Positions 23,463 through 31,678 are shown, counted from the stretch's first letter. The stretch is 32,767 nucleotides of DNA from Candidatus Woesearchaeota archaeon (GCA_016188205.1 JACPIG010000020.1:1-32767); one strand, 5' to 3'. Notes: generated from the letters alone by a model not told the origin. Numbers and translations are program-made.

Positions 23463-25546
23463 ACCAGATATTGATCCACGTCTTGACCCTTGACAAGCTT
23501 AACATAATCATTTCCACAACTGCAGCCATTATAATATTTTAAAGCATAGTCCCAGCCGGAATATTCTCCACACGAACAATCCTGAGAGTTGACTGTTTGC
23601 CAATGTATATAGCCATTCTTCAGATGCCTTATGCCTGCTTCTATGTTGCAGTTTATGTCGTTAACATCTGTGCCTGCACAGGACAAGGCACCTCTGCACA
23701 TGTCGCCACTGTTTGGGTCATATCTTACCTTGCCAATACATTGCTTATGAGCGCAGGTATTGATTTGCATCACGCCAAATGAGCAACCACCATCGCCACG
23801 TTTTACCGTTTTCCCATCTGAGCCGTAATGCTGCAAGCGCCCCTCAGCCAAAGCAACCTGAAGAGCCAATTTCTTCGGGACGCCGTACTTGTCTGCCCAG
23901 TATTTTATTGTCGCAACAGCATCGCTGCCTCTTATTGGCTTTTCATACTTTACTGATATTGGCGTGCCTCCAAGAATCTCATTTATCTGATCATCCTTTA
24001 CCTTCAGCAGGCACCTGAAGCTCTGGAACTTCTCTATGTCTGTAAAAGCTTCCGGGTCAGAAACCCTTTCCTTATCAATGTCAAGACCATACACATTATA
24101 GCCATCATCTCCAGTCTCCACAAATTTAAATGCGTGGCTGCAGCTGTCAGGGTTTTCTGCATCTATCTCAAAGCCCTTTGGCAGCTCAATTCTTAACTCA
24201 GTCAGGCTCTCAATCCTTCCCTGCCAGTTGTTACTCAGGGTAACCCCTATAAACGGCTGCGTGAAGTCGCCCTGTTTCAAGCCGACAGGAGGCTCAGGGA
24301 CACTCATCCCAATCATCACAGGACCATTAGTAAATACAGCAACAGGCTTCTTGTCAGTTATCTTATAGAAGTCAAGCGGGTCAATCTGCTCGCGCCTCAG
24401 ACTCCTAATCTTGTCTTTGTCCATAAAGTAAGTCTTTTGATAAGCCTTTGTGTTGAAGTTGAATGTTGCAGCAGTCTTAATCCTCCGGCTGCCTGCCTTC
24501 AGAAGCTCAAACCTGCAGTTGAATATGTCACTCTCATAGCTGTCTACCTCTATCTGCGGGGGCAATATAAAGCCCTGTAATTCATCCCTTCTTCCCTTGT
24601 CAGACCAGCACTTCGGAATTATCGTTATTGGCTCATCCAAAGTCCTCGCTTTGAGCGTTGTCCACACAGTGACCTTCTCACCCTCAAAATAAGCAGGGTC
24701 AGCAGGCTCAAGCTTCTCAATAGAAACTCCAAGAGGCTCCTTCACGTTCTTGTCAACCTCTCCCGTATAGAAGTCTCCTGCGGCAAGCTTAATCTGCTGC
24801 CGGAAGCCCTTGCTTATGGATTCTGGTATTTGCGCAGCCCTTTTCATCGACACCTTCCAGCCCTCTTCAAGCGCCTTGAATCCTTGACCCGGGTCAACTT
24901 TAGGCACGTATTGGTCTAAGCCGGCAGTCTTTGCAGTGGTTTCCATCACAGGCCATACAGTACCTAACCCGAGAAGCACTATGAGTGCTATACGGGCAGC
25001 TTCCCCTAAAAAGCTTCCTGGCTTGTAATTAAAGGCAGCCCACCAGCCCCATACAGGAGAAGCTATAAACAAAACAGAGTTTACAGGAACAAACCAGGGG
25101 TTATCCTTTGGCACAAACTGCCACCCATAAGGAAGAAGAAAAGAAAGCACTGCCAAAAACATAACCTGCCTCCAGTTCTTTATGATCGCCAAAGCAACCA
25201 ATGAAATTAAGAAATATGCAAAGAGCCTTGTAGTGGGCTCAGTGACGTATTTAGTGAACAAGTCGAAAGCCTGAACAGCCACAACTACAAGCACAAAATA
25301 GAAAGGCACATTTGCTTGAGGGCGCAAGAAGTCAAACCCCTTTACAGCAACACTCCTCCCACCACTTACCCCGGCTGTAGCAGCCGCTCCAACAGCTGCG
25401 GCAGTTGCGGCTGCTTTCGAAGGCGCGTTTCTGGCAAGTGCTCCAGCTAAGCTTTTCGTAGTTGATGCTGTAGTCTTAAGCCCTTCAAAGGTCCTGCTTC
25501 CAACTTCGGATGCAAGCCGTTTCAAAATAGGGTCATCATCAGGCAT
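23459..25546 (-). CDS. Polytopic membrane protein with two extracytoplasmic modules and a C-terminal Cys-rich VirB1/SLT-like lytic transglycosylase domain
   Basis: 695 aa with about 6 TM helices in aa 80-215. The C-terminal LALQVALAEGRLQHYGSDGKTVKRGDGGCSFGVMQINTCAH fits E-x(20-25)-G(L/V)MQIN of specialised lytic transglycosylases. Its stop overlaps the next gene's start. Confidence 0.7.
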   Translation of the reverse strand: MPDDDPILKRLASEVGSRTFEGLKTTASTTKSLAGALARNAPSKAAATAAAVGAAATAGVSGGRSVAVKGFDFLRPQANVPFYFVLVVVAVQAFDLFTKYVTEPTTRLFAYFLISLVALAIIKNWRQVMFLAVLSFLLPYGWQFVPKDNPWFVPVNSVLFIASPVWGWWAAFNYKPGSFLGEAARIALIVLLGLGTVWPVMETTAKTAGLDQYVPKVDPGQGFKALEEGWKVSMKRAAQIPESISKGFRQQIKLAAGDFYTGEVDKNVKEPLGVSIEKLEPADPAYFEGEKVTVWTTLKARTLDEPITIIPKCWSDKGRRDELQGFILPPQIEVDSYESDIFNCRFELLKAGSRRIKTAATFNFNTKAYQKTYFMDKDKIRSLRREQIDPLDFYKITDKKPVAVFTNGPVMIGMSVPEPPVGLKQGDFTQPFIGVTLSNNWQGRIESLTELRIELPKGFEIDAENPDSCSHAFKFVETGDDGYNVYGLDIDKERVSDPEAFTDIEKFQSFRCLLKVKDDQINEILGGTPISVKYEKPIRGSDAVATIKYWADKYGVPKKLALQVALAEGRLQHYGSDGKTVKRGDGGCSFGVMQINTCAHKQCIGKVRYDPNSGDMCRGALSCAGTDVNDINCNIEAGIRHLKNGYIHWQTVNSQDCSCGEYSGWDYALKYYNGCSCGNDYVKLVKGQDVDQYLV

Positions 25547-25590
25547 ACCAAATACCTCTTTTTTAATGCGGCTGCTTTAAGAAGGCGGCA

Positions 25591-25598
25591 TTATAAAT
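25591..25598. promoter_or_regulatory. TATA-like box TTATAAAT between the 695-aa gene start (-) and cloverleaf element A (+)
   Basis: ~48 nt upstream of ATG 25546 on the minus strand and ~40 nt upstream of element A on the plus strand. Confidence 0.35.
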
Positions 25599-25634
25599 CT
25601 TTCTTTTGAGAGACAAAGTCAACTAACGAGTGAT

Positions 25635-25737
25635 AGCCAAGCTGAGCCCTTGTCAATAACAAGGGTTACTTTGTTTCCCCCTCGCTTACCGTGGGGGAGA
25701 CAAAGTAAGTTCAGCATTACTGAACCTCAGCTTGGCT
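25635..25737 (+). ncRNA. Cloverleaf/four-way-junction element, copy A (unclassified)
   Basis: Closing stem AGCCAAGCTGAG/CTCAGCTTGGCT (12 bp). H1 is CCCTTG-TCAATAA-CAAGGG. H2 is TTACTTTGTTTCCCCC-TCGCTTACCGT-GGGGGAGACAAAGTAA (16 bp with one T.G). H3 is GTTCAG-CATTA-CTGAAC. There are no unpaired junction nucleotides. The strand was chosen because the single wobble is G.U only on the plus strand. Confidence 0.55.
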
Positions 25738-25805
25738 TTAATCAACAGTTTTGCCAATCAACTTGACTTCACCCTTTTAAGAACCAGCCCGGCATTCGTG
25801 ATTGA

Positions 25806-26066
25806 TTAGTTATTGTTTTTCAGCAGAGCACCAATAACTGACATTTTTTGGCCCAGATCGCCTATTCTGCTGGCGGAACTATTTGCAAATTTAACTGCAT
25901 GTACAACGTCTTGTGTTCTTGGGGTTTGAACTTTCGCAAGCAGGACTGTAGCGGTCGTCAATTCACAAATGCACGCCTCCATCTGCGCTAATACCGCAAG
26001 TAACTCTTTCCGTTCTATCTCAGACAGCCCTCTTTCTTTTCTTTCGTTCGCTCCATTGTCAGCCAT
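25806..26066 (-). CDS. Small hypothetical protein (86 aa), co-oriented with and 9 nt downstream of the pilin-like gene
   Basis: ORF only, with a helical and charged N-terminus. No recognisable motif. Confidence 0.4.
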   Translation of the reverse strand: MADNGANERKERGLSEIERKELLAVLAQMEACICELTTATVLLAKVQTPRTQDVVHAVKFANSSASRIGDLGQKMSVIGALLKNNN

Positions 26067-26075
26067 TTTTACAGC

Positions 26076-27239
26076 CTATTCAAGCCTTATCCTGAGCTCA
26101 ATTATGTTGAGCTGCGTGTCTGGAACTATTTTGATGAAGTTGTTGCCCTCAACTATGAAGCTGTCAATGTTCTTTGTGAAGTTGGCTGTGCGCTTGGTGT
26201 CCATGAATGTCTTGAGGTTGTTTATGTTAAGCTCAGCGCGCTTCTCTTCTTTATCATCCACGAATTTCATCCTCAGGATTGCGTCAAATGTGTTGTTCTT
26301 CACCCAGCTGAATTGGGTCGCGTTGACTTCAAAGAAGTACACAGGCTCAACAGGCTCCTTAAGCCGGGTTTTGACAAAGACCTGGTCAACGAGGAAGCTG
26401 CCCTGGTCTGCTGCAAAGCGCAGCGTGTTCTGCCCCCTCGCAATAAGGGCAGGGTCAGCCTCAATCTTCACAGGGCTTCCGCAGTCAGGAACGTTGGAGA
26501 TAAGCTGGGCGTCGTTGAGATAAACCTTCAACGTTCCGGAGTCACTCGGCTTGCAGTCAACAAAATAAATGAGGGAAGCCCTCTCGATGTTGTTCGCTTC
26601 CTCACCGCCGATTATGAATGACTGCTTTGATTCAAGATTCTCAAGAATCTTCACTGTGCCGGTTATCTTGAAGTCCCTTATCTCGTAAAAGTTCTTCTGC
26701 CAGAACTGGAAGCCCACTTCCTCTGTCATCATCTCAATAACGTTGTCCTCATTCAGCTTGTCAAGCTTGACAACAACCTGGCCTTTTGCCTCGCCGTTAA
26801 ACACCTCGTCATCATTCACCTTCACTATAAGCCTGCCGTTATGCGCCTTTGCATCAAAGCTCATCTGCAGATTAGACGTCTTTGAGGGGTCAATGGATAC
26901 TGCCATGGACTTCCTCTTGATGTTGCCCCTTGTTGACTCAATATATATTGATTCAGCTGACTTTATGATTCTGTCTTCGCTCTTTGCAAAGAGGTTGAAT
27001 GAATTTATGTGGTGCTCAAATTCATCCTGGCTGGATTTGAACAATGTTCCCGGCTTTTCAAGCAGCAAAGTCCTTGCGTCCTCACCGATTCCTTTTGAAA
27101 CATTAGGGCCTGTGGTGTTCTCGCCGAGCAGCGCAGCCCTTTCGTCAGGAGGAAGAAAAAGTATGTAAAGCAGCATAAGCCCCACTATTGCCGCAACGAG
27201 AACCGCAGCGCCACCAGCCTGCCCTTTCCTGCCTATCAT
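26076..27239 (-). CDS. Secreted/anchored protein with an archaeal class III (type IV pilin-like) signal peptide
   Basis: MIGRKGQAGGAAVLVAAIVGLMLLYILFL has a basic residue plus G followed by Q/A and then a ~20-aa hydrophobic stretch. It is followed by a ~350-aa beta-rich domain. Confidence 0.6.
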   Translation of the reverse strand: MIGRKGQAGGAAVLVAAIVGLMLLYILFLPPDERAALLGENTTGPNVSKGIGEDARTLLLEKPGTLFKSSQDEFEHHINSFNLFAKSEDRIIKSAESIYIESTRGNIKRKSMAVSIDPSKTSNLQMSFDAKAHNGRLIVKVNDDEVFNGEAKGQVVVKLDKLNEDNVIEMMTEEVGFQFWQKNFYEIRDFKITGTVKILENLESKQSFIIGGEEANNIERASLIYFVDCKPSDSGTLKVYLNDAQLISNVPDCGSPVKIEADPALIARGQNTLRFAADQGSFLVDQVFVKTRLKEPVEPVYFFEVNATQFSWVKNNTFDAILRMKFVDDKEEKRAELNINNLKTFMDTKRTANFTKNIDSFIVEGNNFIKIVPDTQLNIIELRIRLE

Positions 27240-27261
27240 GACACCTGAAAAACAGGAATAC

Positions 27262-27273
27262 CTTTATATAAAT
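27262..27273. promoter_or_regulatory. Shared bidirectional TATA box CTTTATATAAAT
   Basis: Its centre (~27267) is 28 nt from both the minus-strand ATG at 27239 and the plus-strand ATG at 27295. Confidence 0.55.
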
Positions 27274-27294
27274 CTTTTGATGAGGAGCTTTAAG

Positions 27295-28350
27295 ATGAAA
27301 ATACTGAAAACAAACCTGAACAAAGGCGAAGTCACAATAGCTGTCCAGACAGCTGATGACCTGTGGCACCTGAGCCAGATAATGGAAAAAGGGGACTATA
27401 TCAAAGGCAAGACTCTCAGGAAGATACAGATAAAAGGAAAGGAGGAAAGAAGCACTGAGGCAGTAAAAAAGCCTATTTGGATAAAGCTGCTTGTTGAAAG
27501 CGTTGAGTTCCACAAATATACAAACATGCTCAGGGCAGGCGGCACAATAGTTGAAGGGCCTGAAGAAGTGCCTAAGGCACACCACACATTCAGCTTTGAA
27601 GAAGGAACAATCGCCACAATAATTAAGGAGAAATGGTACAGCTACCAGCTTAAAAGGCTTAGGGAAGCGAGCGAGAAGAAAACCGGCAGGATAATCATAT
27701 GTGCTTTTGACAGGGAGGAAGCTGTGTTCGCCCTGCTCAAGGAGCAGGGATACGAAATCCTTGCGGAGCTGAAAGGGCAGGTTGAGAAGAAGCTGCAGAA
27801 AACAGAGACAAGGAACTTCTACAGGGAAATAATACATGCTTTGCAGGAATACGACAGGCGCTACAGCCCTGAGCACGTAATTCTGGCAAGCCCGTCATTC
27901 TGGAAAGAGGAGCTGCTGAAAGAGCTGAATGACTCAAAGCTAAAGCAAAAGCTTGTGCTCTCGGCGTGCAGCAACGTCCAGGGCGGCGTAAAGGAAGTCC
28001 TGAACAGGCCTGAGCTTCAGGAAGTGCTGAAACAGGAAAGGGCGTCAATGGAGGCGCAGGCTGTTGAAAAATTGTTTGCCGAGATATCAAAGTCAGGGCT
28101 TTCTGCTTATGGCAGCAAGGAAGTCGGTGAAGCGGCAAACGCAGGAGCGGTCAAGACTCTGCTTGTCACAGACGGGCTGATACACAGGACAAGGCAGCAG
28201 GGCAGCTTTGCCGAAATAGACGGGCTGATGAAAAGCACTGACAGGACAGGCGGGGAGGTGTTCATAATAAACTCTGAGAACGAGCCAGGGCAGAAGCTGG
28301 ACGCTCTCGGAGGAATAGGAGCTCTGCTGAGATACAAGATTCACTGGTAA
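27295..28350 (+). CDS. pelA: Pelota (Dom34) ribosome rescue factor
   Basis: MKILKTNLNKGEVTIAVQTADDLWHLSQIM... is collinear with archaeal Pelota, including the eRF1-like domains 2 and 3. Start moved to ATG 27295 from the ORF-track 27238. Confidence 0.88.
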   Translation: MKILKTNLNKGEVTIAVQTADDLWHLSQIMEKGDYIKGKTLRKIQIKGKEERSTEAVKKPIWIKLLVESVEFHKYTNMLRAGGTIVEGPEEVPKAHHTFSFEEGTIATIIKEKWYSYQLKRLREASEKKTGRIIICAFDREEAVFALLKEQGYEILAELKGQVEKKLQKTETRNFYREIIHALQEYDRRYSPEHVILASPSFWKEELLKELNDSKLKQKLVLSACSNVQGGVKEVLNRPELQEVLKQERASMEAQAVEKLFAEISKSGLSAYGSKEVGEAANAGAVKTLLVTDGLIHRTRQQGSFAEIDGLMKSTDRTGGEVFIINSENEPGQKLDALGGIGALLRYKIHW

Positions 28351-28382
28351 AAATTATAAATCAAAGCTAATTACCATAAACA

Positions 28383-28757
28383 ATGAGTCTTGATGTCATC
28401 GCAGGCATACTTACACGCTATGGGGCTGTTGCGACTGCAAATCACGACCTGCCGCCGTTCTGCGCTGTTTACCAATTAAGCGAAGAAGGGAGCATATGGG
28501 CTATCCAGACAGCACTTTCAGGAGCAGGCTACAGGTTTTCCTCATGGGAACCAGCAGGATTTTACAGGGAGATGCTCGTGGACAGGCACATTAGTCAAGT
28601 CCCGCAATTAGTAATACCCGTCATCAGACCGATGCAAACGCCAGGGGAAACTGAGAAAGTCCATGTGCTGAAGCAGAGGGCAGCATTCCTCAATTGGCTC
28701 GTCACGCCGAATGTATACGGCCTGATAACGCCGGTGACACCAATTATAATTCTATAA
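28383..28757 (+). CDS. Hypothetical protein (124 aa)
   Basis: ORF fills the pelota/MBL spacer and has no recognisable motif. Its 3' end overlaps the convergent MBL gene by 14 nt. Confidence 0.35.
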   Translation: MSLDVIAGILTRYGAVATANHDLPPFCAVYQLSEEGSIWAIQTALSGAGYRFSSWEPAGFYREMLVDRHISQVPQLVIPVIRPMQTPGETEKVHVLKQRAAFLNWLVTPNVYGLITPVTPIIIL

Positions 28758-29394
28758 CAGAATTCTTGCCCATAACCTCAACCTTGGCGTGTGCGACAGT
28801 CCTCCTGAAAACCTCGGCATCTTCTTTGCTGCCGACAATGCTTCCGTAATGCATTGGGATTGCGACCTTTGGCCTTATCATGGCAACAGCCTGTGCTGCC
28901 TCGCGGGCATTCATGGTGTAAGTTCCGCCAACAGGAAGCAAAGCTATATCAATCCCCATTGAGGCAAGCCCTGTCATCTCCTGGATAAAGTCAGTATCGC
29001 CTGCATGATAAAGCTTTTTGCCGTTCACCTCAAAGACATAGCCAGCCCACTCATCAGTTTTGTTGTGAAAATGCTTGTTTGTGTTGTATGCCGGAACAGC
29101 CCTTATTGAGCAGCCATAGATGCTTACGCTGCTTCCGGGAGAAACGTTTTTGAACTCCGCATAATGAAGCTTGGCTGAAGCAATCTTGCTCTGGCAGTCA
29201 ATTGGGGCAACAATTACCGTGTCAAGCTTCACAATCTTCCTTAAGTCTTCAATGCTGCAGTGGTCGTAATGGGGGTGTGTAATGAGGACTATGTCTGCCT
29301 TTTCACCAGGCTGTATCTGAAACGGGTCCACATAGATTACTTTTTCGCCTGAAACCCTGAATCCGGCGTGGCCAAGCCACTCAAGCCCTGCCAT
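28744..29394 (-). CDS. Metallo-beta-lactamase fold hydrolase (UPF0173-like)
   Basis: MAGLEWLGHAGFRV..., HxHxDH motif THPHYDH, HAGDTD and PMHYG. Start set at ATG 29394, which is preceded by GGTGGAGG. The ORF-track extension to 29580 overlaps gatA. Confidence 0.8.
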   Translation of the reverse strand: MAGLEWLGHAGFRVSGEKVIYVDPFQIQPGEKADIVLITHPHYDHCSIEDLRKIVKLDTVIVAPIDCQSKIASAKLHYAEFKNVSPGSSVSIYGCSIRAVPAYNTNKHFHNKTDEWAGYVFEVNGKKLYHAGDTDFIQEMTGLASMGIDIALLPVGGTYTMNAREAAQAVAMIRPKVAIPMHYGSIVGSKEDAEVFRRTVAHAKVEVMGKNSVIEL

Positions 29395-30799
29395 TTTCGC
29401 CTCCACCATCACTGCCACCGGGCTTTTCGCAGGCAGCCATGACCTGCAGAAGAAGCTCCTCCCTGAAAGCAGGAGCCATAATCTGCAATCCAACAGGCAC
29501 GCCGCCAATCCTTCCAGCCCCAACAACGCCAGCGCATATGCCGGCGAGGTTTGCAGGAATGGTAAATGCGTCATACGCATACACAGTCCTCAGGTCAGTT
29601 ATCTTTGCGCCGAGCTTGTGCGGCAGCACAGGGGTTGTAGGAAGCAGGATTACGTCAGCCTTTTTGAACGCGTCCTCAAAATCCCTTGTTATAAGCCGCT
29701 TAGCCATCAGCGCCTTCCTGTAATAAGTGCCTTGATATTCTGCCTTGGAAATCTCCATGCCGCCAAGAATGCGCCTTAATACCTCTTCTCCGCAGCTGTC
29801 CTCTATCCTCTTCCCATACCTCCTGCCGTCAAACTTGCGCGTGCCGGAGAAAAACTCAACATACTGGATTGGGTAATACGCCTGCACAGACAGGTCAACA
29901 TACTTCAGGTCCACATTAACGATTTTAGAGCTTGTTTTGGCAGCAATGCTTTTGGCAGCTCCGGATATCATGCCGTATATCCTTTTGTCTGTGCACAGCC
30001 TCTCAAAATCTCTGCTCAGACCAATGCGGAGATTGCCAATGCTTTGCCCTGTTTTCTTTGCATGCGCCGTATATTCCGGTACAGCAGCGTTAACAGACGT
30101 TGCATCATAATCACTCCTGCCTGCCATTACTTCCATAAGCAGGGCGCAGCCGTACGCATCCTTTGCCATTGCGCCTATCTGGTCAAAGCTCATGGCAGAG
30201 TCTATAAGCCCGAACCTTGAAACGCGGCCATAGCTCGGCTTTATGCCAACAACGCCGCAGTGAGAGGCAGGGTTCCTTATTGAACCGCCGGTATCAGAGC
30301 CCAAAGCCAAATCACACATCCCCGCAGCGAGTGCAGCAGCGCTGCCTGAGCTTGTGCCGCCAGGAATCATTCCTGGAGCAGAAGGGTTATCTGTTGAGCC
30401 GAAAGCAGAAGTCTCGCCAGAGTTCCCGCACGCAAACTCATCCATGTTTGTCATGCCTATAATTATGCCATCCTCAGCCCTGATTTTCCGTATGGCATCA
30501 GCATCATAGGAACCGTAGTATTCCTCAAGTGTCTTTGACGCGCACGTTATGGGCAGGCCTGTCACATTGATGTTTGACTTTACGGCTATTGCAAGCCCTG
30601 CAAGCCTTCCAGAAGCCCCTTTCTTCAGTTTTTTGTCAACATTCTCTGCGTCTTCAACAGCAGCCTCATTAACGTGCAGAAACGCGTTTATCGCCTTGTT
30701 TTTGTGACTTATCACTTTCAGAAACCCTTCAACATTCTCAACAGCAGAAATTCTGCGCTTCTTCAAGCTCCCAATCTTTCCTTTCAGCGCTTCTTCCAT
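29381..30799 (-). CDS. gatA: Glu-tRNA(Gln)/Asp-tRNA(Asn) amidotransferase subunit A
   Basis: Amidase signature GGTSSGSAAALAAG...GSDTGGSIRNPAS. 472 aa, immediately downstream of gatC. Confidence 0.88.
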   Translation of the reverse strand: MEEALKGKIGSLKKRRISAVENVEGFLKVISHKNKAINAFLHVNEAAVEDAENVDKKLKKGASGRLAGLAIAVKSNINVTGLPITCASKTLEEYYGSYDADAIRKIRAEDGIIIGMTNMDEFACGNSGETSAFGSTDNPSAPGMIPGGTSSGSAAALAAGMCDLALGSDTGGSIRNPASHCGVVGIKPSYGRVSRFGLIDSAMSFDQIGAMAKDAYGCALLMEVMAGRSDYDATSVNAAVPEYTAHAKKTGQSIGNLRIGLSRDFERLCTDKRIYGMISGAAKSIAAKTSSKIVNVDLKYVDLSVQAYYPIQYVEFFSGTRKFDGRRYGKRIEDSCGEEVLRRILGGMEISKAEYQGTYYRKALMAKRLITRDFEDAFKKADVILLPTTPVLPHKLGAKITDLRTVYAYDAFTIPANLAGICAGVVGAGRIGGVPVGLQIMAPAFREELLLQVMAACEKPGGSDGGGENGRA

Positions 30800-30801
30800 G
30801 G

Positions 30802-31026
30802 CTACCAGCTCTTCCTCTCGGCAATTATGTATTCCTCATTCTTTTTGGGCGCATTCATGAAAAAGCGCTGCCTGAAACCGGGAAAAGAGGGCTTTCCCGG
30901 AACACGGGTTTCATCATGCCTCTCAACCCCATACTCTTCCCTGATTTTGCCAACCCTGTCAAGGGCATTTACAAACTCGTCCATTATCTGCTTTGCCTGA
31001 GCCCTTATCTTCTCCCGGTCTGCCAT
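30802..31026 (-). CDS. gatC: Amidotransferase subunit C
   Basis: 74 aa. The pattern ...RHDETR...NAP...IIAE is GatC-like and the gene sits directly upstream of gatA. Start at MADREK, preceded by AGGAGG. Confidence 0.6.
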   Translation of the reverse strand: MADREKIRAQAKQIMDEFVNALDRVGKIREEYGVERHDETRVPGKPSFPGFRQRFFMNAPKKNEEYIIAERKSW

Positions 31027-31033
31027 TTTCCAG

Positions 31034-31603
31034 CTATTTCCTCCTGCTAAGCTCAAAAGCAAGGCTTTCAAGTTTCTGCAGGTCATACTTGATTCCGTCA
31101 AATTTTCTTCTTAACTCGCCGTTGCGGTAATCAAACCTGAGAAGCTCTCCGTAAATCTCCTGCAGGAAGCCCTTTATGAAAAGAGCTTCCTTGCTGTTGC
31201 CTTTTGTCGCGGCATTTATGGCGCGCCTTACAAGCTCGCCTGACAGGTCGCAAATGCCAAGAAGATAATGCTCAGCGCAAACACCCAAAGAAGCCCTTCT
31301 CGGCAGGGCGCTTTCCCTTACAACGCTGAAAAGGCATGCTGCCTCAACGTATTCCTGCATCGCAGTCCTGAAATGGCCCTCCTCAGTGTAGCCCACGGAT
31401 TCCAGCCTCTTCACAGAAGCTTTCAGCTCGTCAAGAAGCTTTTCAGCTTCCTTAAGCCCGTCCCTGTGGACAGAATAAATAACCCTCTTGGAAAGCCTGA
31501 TAATTTCCCTTGACAAAGCTATGGACTTTTCCCTTTTCGCATCAAGGGCTTCCATCTCTTTCCTCATTCCTGAGAAGTCTTTGCTGTCAATCATTCCGGA
31601 CAC
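31034..31603 (-). CDS. Translin-family protein
   Basis: 189 aa, all-helical. EHYLLGICDLSGELVRRAI matches the translin Y-L-x-G-x-x-D-x-x-GE-L-x-R motif. TTTATAAA lies just upstream. Confidence 0.7.
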   Translation of the reverse strand: MSGMIDSKDFSGMRKEMEALDAKREKSIALSREIIRLSKRVIYSVHRDGLKEAEKLLDELKASVKRLESVGYTEEGHFRTAMQEYVEAACLFSVVRESALPRRASLGVCAEHYLLGICDLSGELVRRAINAATKGNSKEALFIKGFLQEIYGELLRFDYRNGELRRKFDGIKYDLQKLESLAFELSRRK

Positions 31604-31678
31604 AAAAGAAGCCAGGGGCGTTTATAAATGTTTTTGCAGCGTGACACTGTAAAGTGTACGTGATATTGATAAACGATG

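Noticed and set aside
27145-27876. 243-aa minus-strand ORF.
   Set aside because: It is entirely antisense to the well-supported pelota gene and overlaps the pilin-like gene's start. Its Cys/Phe-rich composition is unlike a real protein and typical of a shadow ORF.
28653-28662. GAGAAAGTCC followed by CAGAGGGCAG resembles RNase P RNA CR-I (GAGGAAAGUCC ... AGGGCAG), suggesting an RNase P RNA gene in the pelota/MBL spacer.
   Set aside because: The motif lies only ~90 nt from the MBL gene's 3' end, so a full RNase P RNA would have to overlap a well-supported CDS. I could not find the CR-II to CR-V elements or P1/P4 pairings. The region is also covered by an intact 124-aa ORF. Worth a quick cmsearch but probably coincidental.
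29395-29580. N-terminal extension of the MBL hydrolase ORF (278 aa in the ORF track).
   Set aside because: The extension overlaps the 3' end of gatA by ~200 nt and translates to low-complexity Leu/Cys/Arg sequence. The conserved MBL N-terminus (MAGLEWLGHAGF) starts at ATG 29394, which has a GGTGGAGG ribosome-binding site.
31640-31660. Small hairpin CGT(G)ACACT-GTAA-AGTGTACG with a GNRA-type loop between the translin promoter and cloverleaf B.
   Set aside because: It is short, has a bulge and occurs once. It could be chance or part of the cloverleaf B transcript leader. On its own the evidence is insufficient to call a feature.
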